From Isurus oxyrinchus (Eukaryota): a DNA stretch of 64,000 bases. Shown piece after piece: positions 24,646-39,269 of the stretch. The DNA lies in assembly GCA_026770705.1 (NCBI GenBank), contig JANJGN010000026.1, forward strand, positions 34,968,001 to 35,032,000. The letters run 5' to 3'. The first letter of the stretch is position 1; every line of letters starts with the position of its first letter. The notes beneath the pieces were generated by a model. It was not told the DNA's origin and searched no databases. It worked only from the letters and a program-made list of their open reading frames with translations. Position numbers and translations under genes: made by a program.

Positions 24646-25254
24646 GTCCATCCCATATTATACAGGATCCTAGTTTGATTATTAATTCCCTGGGAACTAC
24701 TTTATTTCTATTGTGCTGGATCAGGCCTCTGTGTGTATTAAAATAGATCCTATTTCATTAATGTACCACTGGAAGCCATCTCAGTTTGTATTGCACTGGA
24801 TTCTTTCTCTGTTTATATTACCCTAGGCCCTGTCTCTGTTTATGTTATATTAAATCTTGACTATGTCTACATTATAGTGGTCATTGTAACTATGCCACTA
24901 GGCTATGTTTTTGAAGAAGGGTCATATGGACTCGAAACATTAACTCTGTTTCTCTCTCCACAGATGCTGTCCAACCTGCTGAGTTTGTCCAGCATTTTCT
25001 GTCTTAATTTCAGATTTCCAGCATTTGCAGGATTTTGCTTTTATCTATGTCTCTGTTTAAATTAGAGCTACATGACTCCATGTTTCTGTGAGATGGAGAG
25101 ATAATATTATAATAAAGACATTAGGCTAGAAATCGGTATCTGACAGGATGGTATTGGATCAACCGTATATGCTACACAGCACTTGATATTCATTTCAGTG
25201 CAGTCAGCAGAATTAGATTTCAGATATCTCTTGTTTTCCGGCGCCAAAGGCCAA

Positions 25255-27730
25255 GTTCCCACTTTTGGAGTGGTATGTGTAGGAGGATGCAGGGTATTTT
25301 GTTCCCATGTGCTTGTTGCCCTTGTTATTCTGGGAGGTGGAAGTCACAGGTATGGAAGGTGTTGTTGAAGAGGCCTTGGCGAGTTGCTGCAGTGCATCTT
25401 GTGGATAACACACACTGCAGCCACTGTGTATCGGTGGTGAAGGAAATGAATGTTTAATTCCTGGATGAGGAGCCTATCAAGGGGTTGATTTCCCCTGGTT
25501 GGTGTGGAGGTTCTTGAGTGTTGCTGCAGTTACATTTGTCAAGGAAAGTAAACAATTTCCAACAGGCATCTGACTTGCAGATTTGCAGATGGTGGAAAGG
25601 CTTCAGGGAATCCGGAGGTGAGTCATTCGCCACAGCATTCCCAGCCTCTGACCTACTCTTGTAGCCACAGTATTTATATGGCTGGTCCAGTTCAGTTTCT
25701 GTTCAATGGCACCTGCACAACGTTGATGGTAGGTTTCAGCGACGGTTATGTCTTTTGAACGTCAAGGGGAGATGTTTGGTTTCTCTATTGTTGGAGTTGG
25801 TCATTGCCTGGCACTTGAGTGCCGCTTATATCACTTGCAACTTATCAGATCAAACTTGTCCAGTTCGAGATGAAATAAGTAAGGACGGTTTCATTATCTG
25901 ATAGGTCATAAATGGAACTGAACACTGTGCAAATATGAGCGAACATCCCCACTCCTGACCCAGTGATGAAAGGAAGGTCATTGATTAAGCTGCTGAAGAT
26001 GGTTGGACCAAGGACATTTCTCTGAGGGTCTCCTGGAATGATGTCCTGGTGCTGAGATGATTGGTCTCCAACAACACAACATCTTCTTATGTGCTAGGTG
26101 TGACTCCAGCCAGTGGAGAGACTTGCCCCTGATTCCCGTTGGCCTGACACTTTCCAAGGCTTCCTGATGCCACATTCAGTCAATAGCTACTTTGACATCA
26201 AATACTGAAGCACTCATTCATCTTGTCTGGAAGTCCGCTCTCTTGTCCATGTTCAGACCAAGTTTGCAATGAGCTTTGATGCTGGCTGATCCTAGTGGAT
26301 CCAGTCTGAGCTTTGGCGAGCATGTCAGCGACACCTTCAGTCACTTTACTGATGATTGAGAGTAGACTGACTGAGCTGCAAGGAGATAGACCTGATCTGT
26401 TGTCCATTATGTACAATGTTCTAGCTTCACGCTATCGTTCATCATTTTTGGGTATGCCTGGCTTTGCTTCTGACCTGCTGGCCTACATTCCTCATTGTTC
26501 CCAGGCTGGATTTTAGACTCATAGACGTTTACAGCACAGATGGAGGCCATTCAGCCCATCATTTCCCGTCCTAGTAAACAAAGATCTGAGTACACTAATC
26601 CCATTTTCCCGCACTTGGCTCATAGCCCTGGAGGCTATGGCAGCTTAAGTGAACATTTTAATCCATCTTAAATGTTGCTAGAGTTTCTGACTCAACAACC
26701 TTTTCAGGCAGTGAGTTCCAAATTCCTACCACCCTCTGGGTGAAAAAGATTCTCCTCAACTCACCTCTTAGCCTTCTACCTCGTATCTAAAATCTCTGCT
26801 CCCTGGTTTCTGACCCCTCTACCAATGGAAAAGGTGCCTTACTATCCACCCTATCTATGCCCCTCAGCACCCCCTCAACTATCATTGCTCCAAGGAAAAC
26901 AGCCCCAGCCTATCCAATCTTTCCTCATAGCTCAGACCCTCCAGCCCAATAAGCATCCTGGTAAATCTCCTCTGCACTCTTTCCAGTGCAGTCATATACT
27001 TCCTACAAATATGGTGACCAGAACTTCACGCAGTGCTCCAGTTGAGGCCTAACCAACGTTTGATACAGTTCCAGCATAACCTCCCTGCTCTTGTGTTTTA
27101 TGCCTCAACTAATAAAGGCAAGTAACCCATATGCCTTCTTAACCACCTCATCTACATGCCCTGCTACCTTCAGGAATCTGTAGATAGGCACACGAAGGTT
27201 TGAGTGAGGGATATTCTGGTCCATGAGATTACAGGGTGTGATTGAATGCAACTCTCCTGCTGTTAATGACCAACAGTATCTCGTTGATGCTAAATTTTGA
27301 GCTGCTAGATCTGTTCTGAATGTATCCCGTTTAGCACAGTGGCAGTGCCGCACAACACAATGGAGAATGTGCTCAGTGTGAATACCGGCCTGGGTTTCCG
27401 CAAGGACAGTGCAGGGGTCAATCACATCGATGTCAATAGTGTGATGGGCAGAGATCAGGTACGGGTTTCCCTCGTGTTGGCTCTCTAACCATCTGTGGCA
27501 GGTCCATTCTGGCTGATACGTCATTCAGGACTCATCCAGCGCCGGCATTTGTGGTCTTGTCACATGGTAATTGATTTTGCAAATTCTCAGCACATTCATT
27601 GCCCTTGCTACCCTCAGTGTTTCTTGCACGCAGTGCTAAAGATGAAGGAGTACAGATTCATCAGCTGAGGGAAGGCAATAGGTGGTAATCACCAGGAGGT
27701 ATCTCCACCCATATCTTATCTGGTTCTGTG
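25255..27730 (-). mobile_element. HER1-like LINE remnant with nested CR1 3' end (26520-27195)
   Basis: RT fragments (GIRGKSLHWLESHL; KVAGHVDEVVKKAYGLLAFIS) on - strand. Confidence 0.7.
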
Positions 27731-27734
27731 GGAC

Positions 27735-29115
27735 TTCAATATGGTGTCAATATTGCTGCTCTCCACATTGTCTCTGTTCATATTACACTCAGCCTGTCTC
27801 ATTGTTATTGCTCTAGTCCATGTTTCTGTTTCTGTTTCTGTAATACGAGACCCTGTCTCAGTATTGCTGCTCTCCACCATGCCTCTGTTCAAACTACACT
27901 GGGCCTGTCTCACTGTTACTGCTGTAGTCCATGTTTCTGGTTCTGTAACACTGGACTCTGTCTCAGTTATTGCTGCTCTCCATTGTTCATATTTTACTGG
28001 GCCTGTCTCATTGTTACTGTCCTAGTCCATGTTTCTGTTTCTGTAACATTAGATCCTGTCTCAGTTATTTATCTAATTGTCCTCTGTTTATATTACATTA
28101 GTATATTCCCTTACTTTATTTCATAAGACCCTGGAAATAGGAGTTAAATGGTTGAATTTAAACAGCTGCAAGATAGGAGAGGTCTGCAGATCATGAACAC
28201 AAATCTGGGATGTAGTGAGGACAAGTCAAATCATCTAAATAGGCACCCATGTTAATTATTCCCACCATCTTGCTGCCTTATCTTTACTATTTCCACCCCA
28301 GCCAATTTCCACATTATTGCGCTTGTGCAGTGCAGTAATAACTGAGGCAGGGTCTATTGTAATTTAAATACAGATATGATCCAGCACATAACTGAAACAG
28401 CGTCTACTGAAATACAGAGACAGTTCTAGATTAATATGTACAGAGACAGGTCAATTATAATATAAACAGAGACAGGGCCTTGTGTATTTGAAGCAAAGAC
28501 AGGGTCTAGAGTAATATAAACAGAAACAGGATTCAGTATAATATAGAGACAGGGTCTAGTGTATTATAAACATACAGGACCCAGTTAATATAAACAGGGG
28601 CAAGGCCTAGTGCAATATAAACAGAGACCGGATCTAATGTAATATAAACAGAGACAGTGTCTAGTGCAAAATAAACAGAGACATGTCGAGTCTAATAATA
28701 ACAGAGAAATGCCAAGTGTAATATAAACAGCGACATATCAAGTGCAATACAAACAGGGGCAGGGCCTAGTATAATATAAACAGAGACAAGGCCTAATGTA
28801 ATGTAAACCGAGACAGGGATCAGTGTAACATAAACAGAAACAGGGTCTAGTGTAATATAAACAGGGGCAGGGCCGAGTGCAATATAAACAGAGACAGTGT
28901 CTCATGCAATATAAACAGAGACATGTCGAATATAATACAAATTGACATGTTGATTGTCATATAAACAGGGACAGGGCCTAGTGCAATATAAAGAGAGCCA
29001 TGTCGAGTGCAATAGAAACAGGGACAGGGCCTAGTGTAATACAAAGAGAGGCAGGGTCGACTGTAAAAAAAACAGAGACTGGGTCTGGTCGAATGCAATA
29101 TTGAGACAGGGTCCA
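27735..29115. repeat. 27-bp satellite, two blocks in opposite orientation
   Basis: + block 27735-28100 (CCCTGTCTCAGTTATT...); - block 28330-29115 (CAGAGACAGGGTCTAGTGTAATATAAA). Confidence 0.85.
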
Positions 29116-30115
29116 CTGTCCCATCAAACACTCCCAGGACAGGTGCAGCATGGGGCTAGGCACAGAATTTAAAGCTACCTCTACATTGTCACATTGAACA
29201 CTCCCAGGGAAGATACAGCACGGGTTAGAGAGTGGAAAACTCCCTCGACCCTGTCAACATGAAACACTCTCAGGGCAGATATAGCATGGGTTAGATACGG
29301 TTAGACATGGTCTAGTGTAATTCAGAGACAAGGCCCACGGCTCTATAAAACAGCCCCAGGGCAGGTGTAGCATGGGGCTACATTAATAATGTAAAGTTCC
29401 CTCTACATTGCCACATGAAATTCTCCCAATGCAGGTATAGCACGGGTTAGATTCAGAGTGAATCTCCCTCGACACTGTCACCATCAAACATTTCCAGGAC
29501 AGGTGCAGCACAGTTCAGAAACAGGGTAAAACTTCCTCTACATTGTCCGCTCAAACACAGTTGAGGCATGTAGGGTAAGGGTTCTATGCAGTGTAAGGTT
29601 TCCTCTGCACTCTTCATCAGACATTTCCCAGGCAGCTCGACACTGGGAACAGGTAAAGAGGAAAGCTGCCTTTGCACCATCACATCAGATATTTCCAGGG
29701 CTTAGATAGGGGCAAATCCCCTTTTATAGTATCTACAGCCATGTCAAATATAACATGGTTAAATGCAGAGTAAAGCTCCCTCTAAATGGCCCTATCAATT
29801 ACTCCCAGGCCAGGTAGAGCACAGTTTAGATACAGAGTAAATCTCCCTCTACACAGTCATATCAAACACTCCCAGGGCAGTCACAGTACAGGTTAGGTGC
29901 AAAGTAAAGCTCCCTCTGCACTCCATCAGATATTCCAAAGGCAGGAACAGCACGGGTTAGATACAGGGAAAGTTTCTTCGGCAGGGCCACATCAAATCTA
30001 CGCTACTGGCTGCAACACAGGTTAGATACAGAGTAAAGTTTCATCTGCAGTTACCCACCAAGCACTCTCAAGTCAGTGAATGCTCAAAACAGATTTAGAA
30101 TAAAGTTCCCTCTAT
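29115..30115. repeat. ~65-70-bp satellite
   Basis: CAAACACTCCCAGGGCAGGTACAGCACGGGTTAGATACAGAGTAAAGCTCCCTCTACACTGTC units; related copies at 12520-12730 and 13380-13500. Confidence 0.85.
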
Positions 30116-33100
30116 GGATTATAATCCATTTCATTAGATCAATTCATTTTGAAGTGTATGAACCGGGCTGAGAGAATATATTGGCTAGATATTGACTTCA
30201 TGTTGTGGAGTAAAGACAGTGACCCATGGTGGAGAGACAAGACAAATAACCAGAGAGGACAAAGAGACAGAGAGAGAGAGAGGATACAGGACATCCCTAC
30301 AAACACATTTGCCATGACATTATATTTCGTGATAAGTGGGAATCTTACTTAATTCTGAATATAGATATCATTGTGACATAATTCTCATATAACTGAATTT
30401 AAAAATGCTCAAAAAACAATTGCTACTGAAAGCGGTTGATGTATTTGCATGTTTGACTCTATTTCTGTGCTGTGTTGATGGAGAAATATTTGCAGTGCTT
30501 TTGTGTCTCCAGAATCTAATCTGGGACTTCTATTTCTGTGTTTATTTACATAAACGCCTGACTGATTTCAATGAAGTGTTCATGGCAGCAAAACCAGATA
30601 AACACAGACACTTATTGATTGGTTTCGTTCAAAACAAGGGTTTATTTTAAGAATATTGACAGTTGGCACAAAATTAATAGAAACATTTTCAACATCCACT
30701 AGAACAGATGTTATTTATTTCAAATAATTAAAAATACATTTAAATTAATAATTCAATTCTGAAAGTTCTACTGTCACAATCAATGATGAATATTTGAACA
30801 GGGTGGGATTACACTCAATGTCAATTTGTTGGAAGATTTAACCAATTAAAAATGGACAATTTAAAATAGCAGCCAGAGGAGCGACCTATAATCATATTAA
30901 TCTCAGTGTTTTCAACATATCACAACTAACATTTTAAAATGTTAACATTTAGGAAGAATTTACATTTATAGAATGCTGCTTATGACCCCAGGATGCCCTG
31001 AAGCCCTTGAAATTCGTTGATGTACATTTGTTGAAGTTTAGTCACTGCTGTAATATTGGAAATCCATCCGGTGATTTGTGCACAGCAAGCTCCCACGAAT
31101 AGAGCTGCAAAAAATGATGAGATAATATGTGATTTTAGTTGAAGAATGAATACTGGACTAGGATAGTGGGGAGAACAGTCCTGCTCTATAGATTGGTACC
31201 AAGGGAGATTTTGCACCTGTCATTGGCCTGAACGTTTGACCTGTTTCTCTCTCTATTGATGCCCACTGACCTGCTGAGTGGTTATTTTTTGCCCTGCTTC
31301 AGATTTCCCAAATCCGCAGTGTTTTGTAGTGTTTTAATTCATTCTTGGGATATGGGCGTCAATGATGAAGTAATTCTTGCACTTGGCCCTGTCTCAGTTT
31401 ATTCTTGTCCAGACCATATATCAGGAATCACTGCACTAGACATTGTCTCAGTTTATGTTACGTTAGACTCTGTATCATTAATCGCTGCAGTGGACCCTGT
31501 CTCAGTTTACATTAATCAAGACCCTATGTCAGTCATCTCTGCCCTGGACATTGTCTGAGTTTATATTGATCAGGACCATATATTAGTAAACACTGCACTG
31601 GACCCTGTCTCAGTTTCAATTAATCTTCACCCTGTATTAGTAATGACTGTTCTAGGCCCTGATTCAGTTTATATTAGTCCAGACCCTCTAACAGTAATCA
31701 TTGGAAAGGACACTGCCTCAGTTTATATTGATCCTGATCCTGTATCATTAATTACTGCACTAGCCCCTGTTCTAGTTTATAATAATCTCGTCCCTGTGTC
31801 AGTAATCACAGCACTCGGCCCTGTCACAGTTTGTATTAATCTAGATTCTGTGCCAGTAATCACTGCACTAGACACTGTCTCACTTGATACTGATCTAGAC
31901 CTGTATCAGTAATCAGTTTATATTATCACAGAATCACAGCATCACACAGTGCAGAAGAGGCCCTTTGGCCCACCGAGTCTGCACCGACATGTGAGAAACA
32001 CCTGACCTACCTGCCTAATCCCATTTTCCAGCATTTGGTCATAGCATTGAATGTTATGACATGCAAAGTGCTCATCCAGGTATTTTTTAAAGGATTTAAA
32101 GGATTTTTTAATCTGGATCCTGTATTAGTAATCAGTGCACTCAACATTGTCTGAGTTATGCTGATTGAGACACTGTATTAATAAACATTGTGCTAAACCC
32201 TGTCTCAGTTTATATTAATCTAGATCCTGTATCAGTCATCACTGCACTATGGCCTGCCTCAGTTTAAATTAGTCCAGACCATCTATCAGTAATAATTGCA
32301 ATAAGCCCCGTCTCAGGTTATATTAATCTAGATCTTGTATCAGTAATGACTGCACAAGGCCCTGTCTCACTTTATATTAATCCAGACCCTGTATCAGTAA
32401 TCACTGCACTTGGACCTATCTCAGTTTATATTGATCAGGACACTGTATCAGTAATTACTGCAATCTGCCCTAAGTCAGTTTATATCAATTTAGACCCTCT
32501 ATCAGTAATCACTGCACTTGGCCCTCTCTCTGTTTCTATTAATCTAGACCCTGTATCAATTATCACTGCATGAGGCCCTGCCTCAGTTTATATTAATCTA
32601 GGCTCTGCATCAGTAATCGCTCCACTGGACATTGTCTAAGTTCATATTGATTGAGACCATGTGTCAGTAATCACTGCACTCGGCCCTGCCGCAGTTTATA
32701 TTAAGCTAGATGCGGTACAATATGCCAGGCCTCATTTTGTTTATCAATCTAGACCCTGTATCAGTAATCACTGCACTAGGCCCTATCTCAGTTTACATTA
32801 ATTTAGTCCATGCAGCAGTAATCACTGCCCGAGCCCCTGTCCCAGTTATATTTATCTAGGCCCTGTGTCAGGTTATGTTAGTTCAGACCGTGTATCAGTA
32901 ATTACTGCACAAGAGCCTGTCTCAGTTTATATTAATCAAGACCCTGTTTCAATAATCACTGCACACGTCCCTGTTCCAGTTATTATAATCTGCACTCTGA
33001 ATCTATAATCACTGCACTTGGCCCTCTCTCAGTTTCTATTAACCTAGATCCTGTATCAGTAATCACTGCAGTAGGCCCTGCCTCAAGTCAAATTTATCTC

Positions 33101-35139
33101 GGCCCTGTATCAGTGATCACTGCTTTGGGCACTGTCTGAGTTTATATTGATTGAGACCCTGTATCAATAATTACTGCACAAGAACCTGTCTCAGTTTATA
33201 TTAAGCTAGATCCTGCATCTGTAATCACTGCAATGAACACTGTCTCCATATATATTGCTCTAGGCTCTGTATCACTGCAATATGCCCTCCCTCAGTTTAT
33301 ATCAAATAGACCCTGTGTCAGTAATCACTGCACGTGACCCTGTCACAGATTCTATTAACATAGAGCCTGCATTTGTCATCACTGCACAATGCCCTGCCTC
33401 AGTTTATATCAATCAAGACCCTGTATCAGTAATCTCTGCACTAGGCCCTGTCTCAGTTTATATTAGTCCAGAGCCTCTATCAGTAATCACTGCACTAGGC
33501 CCTTTCTCCATTGATATTGATCTAGATCTTGTATCAGTAATCACTGCAAAGGACACTGTCTCAGTTTATATTGATCATGATCCGAATCATTAATCACTGC
33601 ACTAGCCCTTGTCCTGGCTTATACTTATCAAGGCCCTATCTCAGTTTATATTAATCTGTACCCTGTATCAGCAATCACTGCACTATGCCCTGCCTCAGTT
33701 TTTTTAAAATCAGTCTAGACCCTGTATCAGTAATCACTGCACTAGACCCTATCAAAGTTTATATTAATTTAGCCCCTGCAGCAGTAAACACTGCCTGAGC
33801 CCCTGTCCCAGTTATATTTATCTGGGCCCTGTGTCAGTGAACAGTGCACCAGGCCCTGTCTCAGGTTATGTTAGTTCAGTCTGCGTATCAGTGATTACTG
33901 TACAAGAGCCTGATTCAGTTTATATTAATCAAGACCCTGTTTCAGTAATCACTGCCCTCGACCCTATTCTGGTTATAATAATCTGCACCCTGAATCTATA
34001 ATCACCGCACTTTGCCCTCTCTCAGTTTCTATTAACCTGGACACTGCATCGGTAATCAATTTAATATGTCCTGTCTTAGTTTATATCAATCTAGACCCTA
34101 AATCAGTAATTGCTGCACTATACATGATGATAGTTTTATATTTATCAAGACCTTGGATCAGTGATCTCTGCACTAGACACTGTCTCATGTTATATTAATC
34201 CAGACCCTGCATCATTATTCACTGCACTAGACCTTATCTCAGTTTATACTGATGTACACCCTGTAACCATAATCACTTCAATGGACACTGTCTCAGTTTA
34301 TATTGATCCTCATCCTTTATCATTAATCACTGCACGAGCCCCTGACCGAGTTTATATAACTCTCATCCCTGTGTCGGTAATCACTACACTAGGCCCTGCC
34401 TCACTTTATATCAACCTAGACCATCTATCAGTAATCACTGCACTAGGCCCTGTCTCAGTTCATATTGATCCAGACCCTGAATCAGTAATGACTGCACTAT
34501 AGCCTGCCTCAGTTCATATTAATCTGTCCCTAAATCAGTAATTGCTGCACTAGGCCCTGCCTCAGTTCATATTAATTTAGGCCATGTATCAGTAATCACT
34601 GCAATGGACACTGCCTCAGTTTATATTGACCCTGATCCTGCATCATTTATCACTGCACTCGCCTCTTTCCTGCTTTATATTCACCTAGGCCCTGTATCAG
34701 TAATCACTGCACTAGGCTCTGTCTCAGTTTACATTAATCTAGACCCTGTATCAGTAATCTCTGCACTCGACCCTATCTCAATTTATATTGATCTAGGCCA
34801 TGCATCATAATCAGTGCAATGGACACTGTCTCATTTTATATTAATTGAGGCCCTGTACCAGTAATCACTGTACATGCCTCCATTTATATCAATCCATATC
34901 CTGTATCAGTAATCACTGCACTAGACCTTAACTCAGTTTATATTAGTCCAGAACCTGTATCAATAATGACTGAACTAGGGAATGCTTCAGTTTATTTTAG
35001 TCCAGACACTGTAACAGTGATCATTGCACTAGCCCCTGTCCCAATTTATATTTATTTAGACCCTGTATCAATGATCACTGCACAATGCCCTGTCTCAGTT
35101 TATATCAAGCTAGAGCCTGTATCAGTAATCGCAGCACTA

Positions 35140-35482
35140 TAATAAAAGCAAAAAACTGTGGATGCTGGAAATCCAAAACAAAAACAAAAATACCTGGAAA
35201 AACTCAGCAGAACAGGCAGCATCTGGGGAGAGGAGCCCAGTTCACGTTTCAAGTCCGCGTAACTCTTCAACAGAATGAAGGAAAAATAGAAAAGGGGTGA
35301 AATATGTCTTATTAGCTTATATCCCACCATTCCCTGACCCCTTTAACCAGCTTATATTTCACCCCTTTTCTATTTTTCCTAAGTTCTGTTTAAAAGTCAT
35401 GCAGACTTGAAACATTAACTGTGTTCCTCTCCATAGATGCTGCCAGACCTGCTGAGTTTTTCCAGGTATTTTTGTTTTTGTT
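35140..35482. mobile_element. Non-autonomous element with inverted termini (Penelope terminal-repeat derived)
   Basis: AAAAATACCTGGAAAAACTCAGCAG ... CTGCTGAGTTTTTCCAGGTATTTTT; related copies at 37836-37990, 48525-48735, 24910-25045, 43955-44350. Confidence 0.65.
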
Positions 35483-36224
35483 ATTGTAGCACTATACCCT
35501 GTCTCGGTTTATATTAATCAAGACCCTGTATCAGTAATCACTCTACTGGACACTGCCTCCTTTTATATTGATCAAGACCATGGATCAGTAATCATTGCAC
35601 TTGGTCCTGTCTCAGTTTATATTAGTCTAGATCCTTTATGAGTAATCATTGCACTAGCCCCTGCATCAGTTTATATTGACCTAGACCCGGTAACAGTAAT
35701 CACTGCACTTGGCCGCACCTCAAGTTTTATTAATCTAGACCCTGTATCTCTAATCACTGCACTGGACACTCTCTCAGTTTATATTGATCTACCCACTGTA
35801 TCAGTAATCATTGCTCTAGTCCCTGTCCTAGTTTATTTTTATCTCAGCCCTCTATGAATAATCACTGCACTATGCTTGCCTCAATGTATATCAACCTAGA
35901 CCCTGTATCAGTAATCACTGCACAGGGCATTGTCTGAATTTATATTGATCAAGATCCTGTAACAATAACCACTGGACCAGACCCTGTTCCAGTTTATATT
36001 AATCTAAATCCTGTGTCTGTAATCACTGCACTCGAGCATATCTCAGTTCATATTAATCTAGATCCTGTATCAGTTATCACTGCACATGAGCCTGTCTCAG
36101 TTTACATTAATCTAGACACTGTATCAGTAAGCATTGCACTAGGCCCTGTCTCAGTTCATGATAATCTAGACCCTCCATTAGTAATCACTGCACTAGGCAC
36201 TGTCTCAGTTTATATCAATCTGGA

Positions 36225-37535
36225 TAAAAGCAAAATAGTGCGGATGCTGGAAATCTGAAAGAAAAGCATAAAATGCTGGGACATCACAGCAGGTCTGACA
36301 GCACCTGTGGTGAGAGAAGCAGAGCTAACTTTCTGAGACTGTATGACCTTCCTCAGAGTTAAAGAGAAGTCAAAATGTGATGACATTTGCTGTTTAAGTG
36401 GGGCGGAGCAGGTCAAGCTGGATAGAAGGCAAGCAATAGGTAGAAGTCAGGTGACACTGCCAAACATATCATAGGCAAACAGAAAAAGGGAGTGTTAATG
36501 GCAGTAGTAAGGCTAAAGTAGGTGCTGATAGAGTCATAAAGGTAAGAAAGCAGAATGTGTTAACAGCAGAGCCAGAATCAACACACTGTTGAAGAACAAC
36601 ATGGGACAAGTAACTGATTGCCCTTTTGGGGGTGTGGTAGGGGTGGTTGGGGAAAAACAGTATAAAAAGGAATGAAAAAGGGGATAAAAAGAGGATAAAA
36701 TAATGAATAAATAAATAAGGCTGTAAAGTGCATAATCAGAAGATGAGTTTCTGTTCCTCCAGTTTGCGTTGGGCTTCACTGGGGCAATGCAGCAGGTCAA
36801 AGAGGGACATGTGGGTATCAGAGCAGGATGGCATGTTGAAATTGCAAGCGACAGGAACGTCTAGGTCATGCTTGCAGATAGACCAAAAGTGTTCCACAAA
36901 GCGGCCTGCCAGTCTGTGTTTGGTGTCCCCAATCTAGAGGAGACGGCATTGGGAGCAGCGAATGCAGTCGACCAAATTGAAGGAGGTGCAATGAAGCGGT
37001 GCTTCACCTGAAAGGAGTACTTGGGCCCTTGGATGGTGAGGAGGGAGGAGGTAAAGGGGCAGGTGTTGCATCTTCTCTGATTGCTTGGGAAGGTGCCATG
37101 GGAAGGGATGAGGTGTTGTGGATGATGGAGGAGTGGACCAGGGTGTCTCGGAGGGAACAGTCCCTGCGGAATGCTGACAGGGGTGGGGGTGGAGTGGTGA
37201 GGGGAAGGTGTGTTTGGTGGTGGCATCATGTTGGAGTTAGCGGAAAAGTCGGAGGATGATCCTTTGAATGTGGGGGTGGTGGGATGAAATATGAGGAAAA
37301 GGGGGACCCTATCATGATTCTGGGAGAGAGGGGAATGTGTGAAAGCAGAGATGCGGGAGATGGGTTGGACACAGTTGAGGGCCCTGTCAACCACAGTGGG
37401 TGGGTAACCTTGGTTAAGGAATAAGAAAGGCATGTCAGAAGCATCATTTTGGATAGTGGCATCATCGGAACAGATGTGAAGGAGGTGAACGAACTAAGAG
37501 AATGGAATAGCGTTTTTCCAGCATTTTCTGTTTTT
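36225..37535 (-). mobile_element. Penelope-like retroelement remnant (GIY-YIG region)
   Basis: GYPPTVVDRAL...DRVPL...GTFPSNQRRCNTCPFTSSLLTIQGPKYSFQVK, the CxxC linker upstream of GIY-YIG; frameshifted. Confidence 0.8.
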
Positions 37536-38324
37536 ATATCAACTTAGACCCTGTATCAGTAATTACTGCATTGGACCCTTCCTCCGTTGGCATTAATCTC
37601 TGCCCTGTATATGTAATCACTTCACTCGGCCCTGTCTCAGTTTATATCAATCTAAATCCTGTATCAGGAATCACTGCACTGGACCCTGCCTCAGTTTATG
37701 TCAATCGAGGCCCTGTTTTAATAATTCCTATACATCCCCTGTTCAATTTATTTCACACCCTCATTTGTAACTGTAAACGCCAGATTACATTTTGCTTAAG
37801 TTATTGTTGTACAGGTGAACGTCACTGTTAACAGTACAAAAACAGAATTAACTGGAAAAACTCAGCAGGTCTGGCAGCATCGGCGGAGAAGAAAAGAGTT
37901 GACGTTTCGAGTCCTCATGACCCTTCAACAGAACTCTGGTAATTCGGTTTTTGTTTTGGATTTCCAGCATCCGCAGTTTTTTTTGTTTTTATCACTGTTA
38001 ATAGTACAATGGGCCTTATCTTGTTTGTTACTGCAGCCGTCCATATCTCTACTTGTGTTGCAATTGGTCCTTTCCCAGTTATCACTACACCTGACGCTGC
38101 TGCTGTTTATATCATGCATATCATGCGCCAGTTATTATTACATTAGGCCGTGCTTCTGTGGACACTCCAATTAACCCTTTTCCAGTTTACACTGTAGTAC
38201 AACCATGTTTTAATTTATATTTAACTGCAAATTGTGTTTCGGTGTTTTACACTGAACCATGCTTCAGTTATCACTGCCCTTGACTTGCTGAACTTGTCTC
38301 ACTGATGACTGTACCAGACCATAT

Positions 38325-38985
38325 GAACACACGAGCATACGAACAAGGAGCATGAGTAGGCCATTCAGCCCCTCGAGCTTGCTCCACCATTTCATAATAT
38401 CATGGCTGATCTGACAGTAACATGAAATCTGCATCCTGCCGACCCCCGATAACTTATCACCCCCTTGCTACCAAGAATCTATCCACCTCTGCCTCAAGGC
38501 TCTGCTTCCACTGCCTTTTTATGGAGAGAGTCCCAAAGATTCTCGACCCTGAGAGTGAAAATATTCACTTCATCTCCGTTTTACATGGCTGACACCTTAT
38601 TTTTAAACAGTGACCCCAATTCCAGATTCTCCCACAAGAGGAAACATCCTCTCCACATCCACCCTGTCAAGACCCCTCAGGATCTTATATGTTTCAGTGA
38701 AATCACCTTTTACTCTTCTAAACCCCAGAAGACATGAGCCTAGCCTATCAAACCATTCCTCATTAGACAACCCACCCATTCCAAGTATTAGTCTAATAAA
38801 CCTTCTCTGAACCTCTTACAACACATTTACATCCTTCCTTAAATAAGGTGACCAATACAGTAGACAGTACACGAAACATGATCTCACTGGTGCCCTGAAG
38901 AGCTGAAGCATAACTTCCGTACATTTGTATTCAATTCTTCTCGCAATAAATTATAACATTCTATTAGTTTTCACAATTACTTACC
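38325..38985 (-). mobile_element. CR1 LINE 3' fragment
   Basis: Same 3' UTR and RT end as 6335-7910. Confidence 0.8.
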
Positions 38986-39269
38986 ATTTCTCCTTTTATC
39001 TTTCTCTCAGCATTGTATCAGTGTATATAATGCTATCTGCAGTTTAACTTATTAATGCACTGGACCATGCCTCTATATACACTACAATTGACCTTTTCTC
39101 TGTTATTACTGCACTAGACTATTTCTCTCTCTCTATTGCATTATATGATGCTTTGTTTATTAATGCACATAGCCGTGCCTCTATATATACTGCAAGTGAC
39201 AATTCCTGAGCTGCTGTTGCATTGTACAAAGTCTCAGTTTGTATTTTATTAGGATTTATCTGACAACCA

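Larger units (their letters stand above)
31370..37720. repeat. Large 27/54-bp satellite array interrupted by retroelements
   Basis: Alternating CCCTGTATCAGTAATCACTGCACTAGG / CCCTGTCTCAGTTTATATTAATCTAGA; yields PVSVITALG-PVSVYINLD pseudo-ORFs. Confidence 0.92.

Noticed and set aside
31256-36258. PVSVITALG/PVSVYINLD repeat protein
   Set aside because: A 27-bp unit keeps frame automatically; frequent stops, frameshifts and TE insertions.
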